Origin: Firmicutes bacterium UBA5286 | Lineage (GTDB): Bacteria; Bacillota; Proteinivoracia; UBA4975 | DNA: 64,000 nucleotides | Reading direction: 5' to 3' | Assembly: GCA_002408465.1 (NCBI GenBank) | Contig: DHSM01000008.1 | Coordinates: 3,187-67,186 of the forward strand | Shown: piece by piece, positions 57,286-64,000 of the stretch | Numbering within the stretch: position 1 is the stretch's first letter | How the letters are laid out: each line of letters starts with the position of its first letter | Translations under genes and position numbers: made by a program | The notes under the pieces: generated by a model | What the model saw: the letters and a program-made list of their open reading frames with translations, nothing else | What the model was told of the DNA's origin: nothing | Databases searched by the model: none

Positions 57286-57492
57286 ATGAGGATGGAAGCT
57301 CTAAAACCGCAAAAAAAACTTACCTATTCAGTTATTGAGGTGGCAAAGATGTTGGGTATCAGTCGTGGTAAGGCATATGAACTAGTTAACAGTCGCAATG
57401 GTCCTGCTGCATTCAGGGTAGGCAATAGGATCCTTATTCCTGAGGTAGCACTGGAGAGGTGGGTCAATGAGCAAGCTAAAATCGGTGGTTAA
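57286..57492 (+). CDS. Excisionase-family / MerR-like HTH DNA-binding protein
   Basis: YSVIEVAKMLGISRGKAYELV...RILIPEVALERW typical of excisionase-type HTH. Confidence 0.6.
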   Translation: MRMEALKPQKKLTYSVIEVAKMLGISRGKAYELVNSRNGPAAFRVGNRILIPEVALERWVNEQAKIGG

Positions 57493-57610
57493 CTTACCGT
57501 GCCGAAAGTCCCGCCAGTCATCCACGGTTTTTCCCTGCGCCAAAGTGGGTTGTCTATATTTATGGGAATGGGCAATTGCCGAGGTTGTTGAGGAGAAAGG
57601 AAAGTGAGGT

Positions 57611-58498
57611 ATGAGAGGAGGATATTATTCATTGCCGAAGATACTCTTCACAAATGCTTTCCCCACGATAGGGTTACCTGCCAAAGTGCTTTATGCCATG
57701 ATACTGGACAGGCTATCTTTGTCAGAGAAGAACAATTGGAAAGACCCAAACCGAGACACGTTTGCTTTATTTTCCCGGGAAGAAATGGCGCGATTTCTAG
57801 GGGTGAGCCGACCTACAGCAACCAAGGCTCTCGGGGAACTAAAAGCTGCAGGGTTGATTCGGGAAGTATCTCAGGGCAAGAACAGGCCAACAAGGCTATA
57901 TATTGAGGGAAAGAATCTTTCCTTCACAGCAGAGGCTGAGGGAAAGGAAGTTTCCCTCACAAATGACCCTGAGGGAAAGAATTTTTCTTCTGAGGGAAAG
58001 ATTTTTTCGTCTGAGGGAAAAGAATTTGCCCCGAGTAACTTAAAAGAACAACTTAATCTAGTAACTTTAAAAAAAGAAAGTACTGCGCCTAGCTGTGCCG
58101 TAGCTGAGCCTAGCAATGCAGTTTCTATATCACCCGATAGACAGAACGACGAGGTGCCTTATGAACAAATTGTAGAACTCTACCTCCGGTATTGTCCCTG
58201 TATGCCGAAGGTCGGGAAAATTAGGGAAGAAACAAAAAAGAAAATAAGAGCACGTTGGCAGGAATGCCAGGACCTTGACGCTTGGACTGATTACTTTAAG
58301 AAAGCTGGACAATCTGACTTTCTAAATGGTAGGAGTGGGAAAAATTATAGAGCTAATTTCACTTGGTTGCTTAGCAGAGATAATATGGCCAAGGTGTTAG
58401 ATGGTCGGTACGACAACGACGATTACCCGTATTGGGCAGCCAGGGAGCGCCAAATAGCTCTGGATGCTCAAGAATTACAGTATAAGGAGGTAACATGA
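57611..58498 (+). CDS. Replication initiator protein A (RepA_N family) with internal iteron-like repeats
   Basis: N-terminal YYSLPKILFTN...LSL.AKVLYAMILDR...FLGVSRPTATKALGELKAAGLI; central 22-bp tandem repeats encoding EGK(N/E)FSS repeats. Confidence 0.65.
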   Translation: MRGGYYSLPKILFTNAFPTIGLPAKVLYAMILDRLSLSEKNNWKDPNRDTFALFSREEMARFLGVSRPTATKALGELKAAGLIREVSQGKNRPTRLYIEGKNLSFTAEAEGKEVSLTNDPEGKNFSSEGKIFSSEGKEFAPSNLKEQLNLVTLKKESTAPSCAVAEPSNAVSISPDRQNDEVPYEQIVELYLRYCPCMPKVGKIREETKKKIRARWQECQDLDAWTDYFKKAGQSDFLNGRSGKNYRANFTWLLSRDNMAKVLDGRYDNDDYPYWAARERQIALDAQELQYKEVT

Positions 58499-58499
58499 G

Positions 58500-59066
58500 A
58501 TGAATCGAACGGAAACAGCAGACCTTTTGCACTATCTTGCAGTGGCATATCAAGGCAGGTTAAGATTTCCTACCGGTACACCCTCAGGAGATGATTGGAT
58601 GATCCTGGTTTATCGGCGCATCCTAAGAAATATCCCAGCTGATATAGCACTTGCAGCTGCTGATAAGTTTATTTCCCAGGGGACAGAACGGCCTCCGCTC
58701 CCTGGACAGTTAGCGGCTGAAGCACGAAAACTGGTTGACCCAAGGCCCGAAAGGACCGGTCTTGAGGGATGGGAGGAACTACAAAGGGCATTTGCCCGAT
58801 ATAGCCCATATTACCAATATAGCGAGTTTGTAGAATGCCTAAGCGAAGAGGTCCGGGGAATTGTCCGTATGATTGGAATCAATACAATCGATAACACTGA
58901 TCCTGCGTTTATGCAGCCCAGGTTTGTGAAGCTTTACGAGGAGCAGCAGAAAAGAACCCGTGAGCTGGATCAAATTATGGAGATGCAAGATAGATTGCAA
59001 AAGGGCGAGACAGACAAGAATCTTCTGATTCAAAGTGTTGTGGAGGAAGACAAAATCCAGAACTAG
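58500..59066 (+). CDS. Hypothetical protein of mobile element (188 aa)
   Basis: ORF contiguous with repA; no family assignment. Confidence 0.5.
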   Translation: MNRTETADLLHYLAVAYQGRLRFPTGTPSGDDWMILVYRRILRNIPADIALAAADKFISQGTERPPLPGQLAAEARKLVDPRPERTGLEGWEELQRAFARYSPYYQYSEFVECLSEEVRGIVRMIGINTIDNTDPAFMQPRFVKLYEEQQKRTRELDQIMEMQDRLQKGETDKNLLIQSVVEEDKIQN

Positions 59067-59178
59067 CATTAGGGACAGCCCGTTCGGGAAGAGGTATTTC
59101 ATCTCAAGTTTTCAGTCCGATTTAAGAAGTTACGAATACAGTCTACAAGTACATTGAGGTCCTAGAGGAGGAAACTGT

Positions 59179-60342
59179 ATGCCGAAGGTCAGTAAGAGGT
59201 CAGATGGGCGCTGGGAGACCAGGGTGCGAGTTGGAACGGACAACGGAAAACCTAAGTACCGGTCTATCTATGGGAGAACTAAAAAAGAAGCTGAAGAAAA
59301 GCTAGCAGAGATTACAACTCAACTTAAAACAGGAACTTACGCTAACCCTTCTAATGTGACTTTAGGTGAATGGATTAATGAATGGATCAACGGACGGCCA
59401 AATATTCGGGAGACAACCAGAGCCTTCTATGATTCCCTTATTAGAGTCCACATTGCTCCTGCTTTAGGGGATATAAAGCTCAATAGACTCACAACAAGAG
59501 ACATTCAGACCTTGTTAAATGAGAAGATGGTGGACGGGGCAGTACGAGGAGGTGGTTTATCAGCTGCCACAATCCGATATATCCATGTCTGTATTCAGTC
59601 CGCGTTAAAACAGGCGGTGAAGGAAAGGTTACTGATTGTCAACCCTGCGGAAGCCGTTGAGTGTCCCAAAATTCCTCCCAAAGAGATGAAGACGCTAACC
59701 ATCGAACAGGTTGGAATATTTCTTGAGGAGGCCAAACAGGATCCGAATTATGCAGCCTTCTTGCTGGATCTATCAACTGGACTCAGGCGGGGGGAATTAC
59801 TAGGAATCTGGTGGGAAGACATTGATTTTGAAAAATCCACTCTAACGATTCGTCGCCAACTCTCTAAGCGGCCCAGGACTGCCGAGAAGCATCTGGACAG
59901 GCTCTTCTTCACACAACCAAAGACGAATGCGGGGCATAGACAGCTATCTCTGCCCAGCAATGTTCTCCATGCACTAAAGGATCATAGGAAGCGGCAGCAT
60001 GAGGCACGCCTAATAATAGGGGGAGCCTATCTGAACCCTGATATTGTCTTCGCCACTCCAGAAGGTGGGCCGCTTTGCCCAGATAGCTTCTACAAGTCAT
60101 TTAAAAGGATTCTTAGGAAGGCCGGGTTACCAAATGTACGATTCCACGATTTAAGGCACACATATGCGACCATGGCCCTTCAGGCGGGGATATCCCCCAA
60201 GACTATTCAAGCTGTCTTAGGCCACGCCAATATATCAACAACCCTAAATATCTACGGCCACGTTACTAAAGAAATGCACACCCAGGCTGCTGAAATCATG
60301 GGTGACATATTGGAGGGTTCAATAAAACTTCAAGGCGGCTAA
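59179..60342 (+). CDS. Tyrosine-type site-specific integrase/recombinase
   Basis: N-terminal AP2-like arm-binding domain (RSDGRWETRVRVG), catalytic R...HDLRHTYAT...LGHANISTTLNIYGHV with conserved Tyr. Confidence 0.85.
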   Translation: MPKVSKRSDGRWETRVRVGTDNGKPKYRSIYGRTKKEAEEKLAEITTQLKTGTYANPSNVTLGEWINEWINGRPNIRETTRAFYDSLIRVHIAPALGDIKLNRLTTRDIQTLLNEKMVDGAVRGGGLSAATIRYIHVCIQSALKQAVKERLLIVNPAEAVECPKIPPKEMKTLTIEQVGIFLEEAKQDPNYAAFLLDLSTGLRRGELLGIWWEDIDFEKSTLTIRRQLSKRPRTAEKHLDRLFFTQPKTNAGHRQLSLPSNVLHALKDHRKRQHEARLIIGGAYLNPDIVFATPEGGPLCPDSFYKSFKRILRKAGLPNVRFHDLRHTYATMALQAGISPKTIQAVLGHANISTTLNIYGHVTKEMHTQAAEIMGDILEGSIKLQGG

Positions 60343-60601
60343 AAAACGAATAGCAATAGTATGACCTTAAACTGGCATACGGGAATACTTGGAAACCTCC
60401 GCTCCAAGCACGACGATTCAAGTAGTCTCTCAGGAAGGGATAGCTATCTTGCATCCATGGGGAGTCGTCGGGTCACACGATGGAGTATCCGGGGAGCCAC
60501 ATCTTATTCCTTTTTTTAGCCCCGCAAGTTACATTCCTCTGTCACTCGGGGGAGGCTCTTGATGGAATAAGAATGTGCCCTTGGGAAGAGTAGCAAGCAT
60601 T

Positions 60602-60621
60602 GCAAATGTATATACATTTGC
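60602..60621. repeat. Perfect 20-bp palindrome gcaaatgtatatacatttgc in int-mobC intergenic region (candidate oriT/operator inverted repeat)
   Basis: Self-reverse-complementary 20-mer seen in sequence. Confidence 0.8.
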
Positions 60622-60714
60622 CACGGCAGTAGCCTCCCTCTGCCCGCACTTAGGTCAGAGTTCGGCTTTCTCCCGGCTTGTTGGGGCTTCGCCCCAAACC
60701 CCTATAAAGCAACG

Positions 60715-61062
60715 GTGAGGAGGTTAAGCATGTCATCGGTTAAGAAGACAGGCATCTTTATAAGGGTGACACAGGAAGAAAAGGAACAGGCCAGGGAACA
60801 AATGAAAAAAGCTGGCCTGAATAACATGAGTGAATATATTCGGCGAATGATGCTAAATGGCCAGATAGTAAGACAGGAATTTCAAGACCTAAAGGACCTT
60901 ACTACTCAGATCGGAAGGATTGGAGGCAATGTTAACCAGATTGCCAAGCGTGCAAATGAAAGAAGGGTAGTACCACAAGAAGATATCGACGAAGTATTGG
61001 GTTGTATGAGAAAGGTAATGCGCGTTGTAGATTCTGAGATAAGGCGTGTTTTGCGGTCGTAA
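60715..61062 (+). CDS. MobC-like relaxosome accessory protein
   Basis: Small basic protein immediately upstream of relaxase; ribbon-helix-helix-like N-terminus. Confidence 0.55.
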   Translation: MRRLSMSSVKKTGIFIRVTQEEKEQAREQMKKAGLNNMSEYIRRMMLNGQIVRQEFQDLKDLTTQIGRIGGNVNQIAKRANERRVVPQEDIDEVLGCMRKVMRVVDSEIRRVLRS

Positions 61063-61119
61063 TTGCAATACCTTTTCAGAGTATGCCCGGGAGTTTGCTA
61101 AAAGGGGGAGGTGGTATAA

Positions 61120-62475
61120 ATGGCTGTAACGAAGATCCATGCAATAAAATCCACGGTAGCTAAGGCAATTAAATATATACTAGATCCGGCTAAGACTGAT
61201 GGCACTCTTTTAGCCTCGGGTTTTCATTGCGAGCCTGCCCTAGCTCACCTGGATTTCGAGATGACCTCTCTATTAGCAAAAGAGATAAGAGGAGATCATA
61301 CCAAAACGGGTGGTTCTGATAATCTTGCCTATCATCTTATTCAAAGCTTCTCAAAGACAGACAAGATAACCCCGGAACAAGCTCATGAGCTTGGCAAGCA
61401 GCTGGCAGATGAGGTGTACCTGGGCAAGCATGAATATGTCATTACTACTCACATAGACAAAGGGCATATCCACAACCATATAATTGCTAATTCTGTGTCC
61501 TTTTTAGACTTCAATAAATTCCGGACCAGGCCATATGAGACAGCCCGCAAGATTAGAGAGGCTAGCGATAGATTATGTAGAGAAAACGGGCTGCACGTAA
61601 TTGAAAATCCCAAGGGAAAAGGTCAAGATAAGCGGAAGTGGCAGACGCAGCCCAGCTGGAGGGATCGCTTGCAGCTGGCCATTGACAAGGCAATATACAC
61701 AGCAACAAATTATCAGGAATTTACTGATTTGCTCAAGACAGAAAAAGTAGAGATAAAGGAAGGGCAACATATTGCCTTCAAAATGCCTGGGCAGCAACGG
61801 TTTATAAGGGGAAAGAGCATTGGCCCTCGATACGAGAGAGAACAGATAAAGGCGAGAATTGATGACCCCAACAAGAGTAAGGTTGTCGAATTCTTGCCAC
61901 ATACCAAGATTGAGAAGGCTATATATAGGATGTCCAGTAGACAGATTATACAGGAGATCCAAAGGACAGCTAATGCCCTGGTCTTAACACGGAGAGAGAA
62001 AGTGTTTTCTTACCGAGACTATAATATTAGGCTTAATGAGTTGAAGGAGCAATGCAAGGCTGTTAGGAGTACACTCAAGGATCTTGATGATAAAAGCGCT
62101 CAATATCGAAACGTATCCAAACTCCTAGTTGCTTATAACAAGCATCTTCCTTTGGTTCAACAATATGAGCAACTACCGAAATGGAAAAAGAAGAAGTTTC
62201 TTAGCAGCCATGACTCAGAGCTTAGTGTGTTTGCACATGCCGAAAAAATGCTGCTAAGTGCGGGTGCTGAACCGGTGGATATGAATAGAGCTCTAGAGTT
62301 CTTGAAAAAGCATTCCGAAAAAACAGGTGAACTCGGTGTGCAGTTCAGGCAAATAGAGGAGAGAATCAAGAACCTTGACGCTGCCAAGAAAGTCATAGGC
62401 AAAATCCTTGGCCACGAACAAGAAGAAAAACGGGACGGTATAAAACGAAGAACGATACAAGAGCTGACTCGATAA
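61120..62475 (+). CDS. Relaxase/mobilization nuclease (PF03432-type, MobA/VirD2-like)
   Basis: Catalytic Tyr region near N-terminus and histidine triad HIDKGHIHNHII. Confidence 0.75.
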   Translation: MAVTKIHAIKSTVAKAIKYILDPAKTDGTLLASGFHCEPALAHLDFEMTSLLAKEIRGDHTKTGGSDNLAYHLIQSFSKTDKITPEQAHELGKQLADEVYLGKHEYVITTHIDKGHIHNHIIANSVSFLDFNKFRTRPYETARKIREASDRLCRENGLHVIENPKGKGQDKRKWQTQPSWRDRLQLAIDKAIYTATNYQEFTDLLKTEKVEIKEGQHIAFKMPGQQRFIRGKSIGPRYEREQIKARIDDPNKSKVVEFLPHTKIEKAIYRMSSRQIIQEIQRTANALVLTRREKVFSYRDYNIRLNELKEQCKAVRSTLKDLDDKSAQYRNVSKLLVAYNKHLPLVQQYEQLPKWKKKKFLSSHDSELSVFAHAEKMLLSAGAEPVDMNRALEFLKKHSEKTGELGVQFRQIEERIKNLDAAKKVIGKILGHEQEEKRDGIKRRTIQELTR

Positions 62476-62641
62476 AACGGTCCTCAATTCCATAATTTTG
62501 ACGCTGGGAGGTTTTCCAGACTTCAGTAAGGGGTTTGTCCCTAAAATGGTTGTAAACGATTTAGGGGCTCTTTTTTAAGGAATAATGACAGACATAACCT
62601 ACTAGTAAGGCAATGGGTTATGACGGATAAAACAAAGGAGG

Positions 62642-62824
62642 ATGGATGGAATGGCAAGGCCAAGAAAACTTACTCCCCTTGAAGAATACGCAGCTTACGG
62701 ATTAAGAAAATCTGGTGTTTCATATGCCGAGATTGCTCATAATAATGGAGTTTCCGTGAGGACTATCGAACGGATTATTAAGAGGATAGAAATTGATAAA
62801 AAGCCTAAGGAATCGGGGGTATAA
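62642..62824 (+). CDS. Small HTH protein (sigma-70 region 4 / resolvase-type HTH-like)
   Basis: GVSYAEIAHNNGVSVRTIERIIKR HTH; SD aaggagg. Confidence 0.45.
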   Translation: MDGMARPRKLTPLEEYAAYGLRKSGVSYAEIAHNNGVSVRTIERIIKRIEIDKKPKESGV

Positions 62825-63144
62825 AGACATTACCTACCTTCTCAAAACGCCTCAGAAAGCAAAATACGAGGTCGAATTTCAGCCGTTTATCCCTTTAACC
62901 ACAGGAAATCCTGCTGAAGTAAAAAATGGCACTTCTGACCCAGGAAAACGGATTCAATAGCGCCATCATGCCCCACTGATATAAGAGTTCTTATTTCCTG
63001 CGATTTTTTCAGTAATTAATAGTTGAAAATGGAATACCCGTTTATGGGGAAAATGTAAACATCCTTTCCCCAAGAGTTTCTAAACCTCGTCTACCTTTTG
63101 TTTACAAAATTTGCTTTCGGAATAAGTATAATAATATTTTGTAT

Positions 63145-63210
63145 ACAAAAGTGGGTTTACACCATGTGTGTCAGGGGGAAACAGTGTAAACATTCTATAG
63201 AAATAAGCCA
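63145..63210. repeat. ~65-nt imperfect direct repeat unit A (aagtggg..ac.ccatgtgtgtcaggg..aaac..tgt..acatt)
   Basis: Pairs with 63375-63440 by eye. Confidence 0.6.
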
Positions 63211-63374
63211 GTAGCCAACGCGAATCGGATATACTGCTTTGGCTTGACGGAAGAACCTGTGTAAACAAGATATTCTGAAATGTGCACAGCTTTTCGCCAT
63301 GGGTTTCTAAGCTCCTTCTTGGTTTTGTAAGACAAGATTTGCTGCAAATCTGAAAATGAACGATATTTGTCTTA

Positions 63375-63440
63375 CACAAGTGGGGGTAGGCCTTATGTGT
63401 CAGGGACAAACCATGTGCACATTTTGCCTGCATAATGCCT
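63375..63440. repeat. ~65-nt imperfect direct repeat unit A', second copy
   Basis: Pairs with 63145-63210. Confidence 0.6.
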
Positions 63441-64000
63441 TAACTCGATTTCCAGGGGCGAGATTCTCGACGCTAGGAGCTTTGTCGTAAGGATGTTATA
63501 TAATATATAAATATAATTATAAATGTGAATAGCTCCATCCAACTGAACCTTGTTTGCCGAGCCCCTGAGCCTCAACTGAACCGCAGAATTTGCGGGTCAG
63601 TAACCTCACTAAGGAAAATCCGTCTAGTTCACTAACAAAAACCAGGGGGTGGTTTTTGGGGGGTGGACAGAATCCCCGTTTACCGGGCTTTTTTTGCTTA
63701 CAGAAGCATTATTATTCTTAACACCGTGTTGTACATTTAGAGAAGAACGGCAAGGACTCACAAAACCAAACCTTATCTACTTAAAAAAGTTCATCGAACC
63801 CTCTGAGGCTCAACTGAACGAAAGAATCTTTCGGTCAGGAACGAAATGATCTTTCACCGGAAACTGATATTGATAATACTGAGATCCGCTAATATAGATT
63901 ATAGGACATAAGGGGTAGAAAAAGAGGGGAATTACATCCGATAATGCTACATAAATGACTAGAAAATCACATCCGATAATGTAGATTCTAGGGATTGATA

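Larger units (their letters stand above)
55771..64000 (+). mobile_element. Partial integrative and mobilizable element (IME-like) adjacent to tRNA-Val: orphan ORF, xre, xis-like, repA_N, int, mobC, relaxase; right end beyond window
   Basis: Gene content (tyrosine integrase + excisionase-like HTH + RepA_N initiator + MobC + PF03432-type relaxase) next to a tRNA 3' end; boundaries not defined. Confidence 0.5.

Noticed and set aside
63080-63575. Minus-strand ORFs 63080-63433 and 63393-63575
   Set aside because: Lie in AT-rich repeat DNA; no SD; composition and repeats suggest non-coding structure rather than genes.
1-64000. CRISPR arrays, rRNA operons, tmRNA, transposase/IS elements
   Set aside because: No regularly spaced short repeats, no rRNA-like sequence, no tmRNA tag-peptide region and no DDE transposase-like ORFs were seen. 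The only recombinase is the tyrosine integrase at 59179-60342.

Overview
This 64-kb window looks like a chromosomal segment from a sporulating, moderately GC-rich Firmicute (Clostridia/Peptococcaceae-like), gene-dense and mostly on the + strand. The conserved backbone is dominated by sporulation and housekeeping loci, and at least four small low-GC accessory insertions interrupt it. (a) An approximately 1.9-kb islet bounded by a perfect 24-bp direct repeat duplicates the 3' end of a lipoprotein gene. (b) An approximately 2.5-kb islet sits between two copies of the last 118 nt of the RNase P RNA gene; it carries an orphan QueC-like PP-loop protein and a probably frameshifted secreted M23 peptidase, and no integrase. 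(c) A low-GC Mph/APH-like phosphotransferase plus ABC-F pair is preceded by a 5-codon leader ORF and a weak hairpin. (d) A partial integrative/mobilizable element lies downstream of a tRNA-Val(CAC): orphan 340-aa zinc-ribbon protein, XRE and excisionase-like HTH proteins, a RepA_N-type initiator with internal iterons, a tyrosine integrase, MobC and a relaxase, then repeat-rich non-coding DNA running off the window. Candidates (b), (c) and (d) are the most likely places for an undescribed system. The backbone loci are: dacF, spoIIAA, spoIIAB, sigF; a dodecin gene; spoVAC, spoVAD, spoVAEb followed by a truncated SpoVAF/GerA-like fragment; a CoA-enzyme-activase triad; a DHH-CBS-polyA-polymerase fusion gene; an M50 protease gene with scpA and scpB; DUF2953 and ytfJ; dacB, spmA, spmB; a CDF transporter gene behind a long structured leader; degV, rluB, ccpN, the PDRP gene and ppdK; a third DD-carboxypeptidase gene; a dgt-like gene and sigA; a tRNA-Asn/Met/Glu cluster; trmK, the NIF3 gene, a zinc-ribbon gene and murG; a type-A RNase P RNA; an AI-2E transporter gene, a DRG-like GTPase gene and an unannotated DUF1540 mini-gene; a T-box-controlled leuS; ytpB with a polyprenyl synthase gene; cysS, glxK and others. 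Coordinates and product names are from manual reading of the ORF track and sequence, with no database search.
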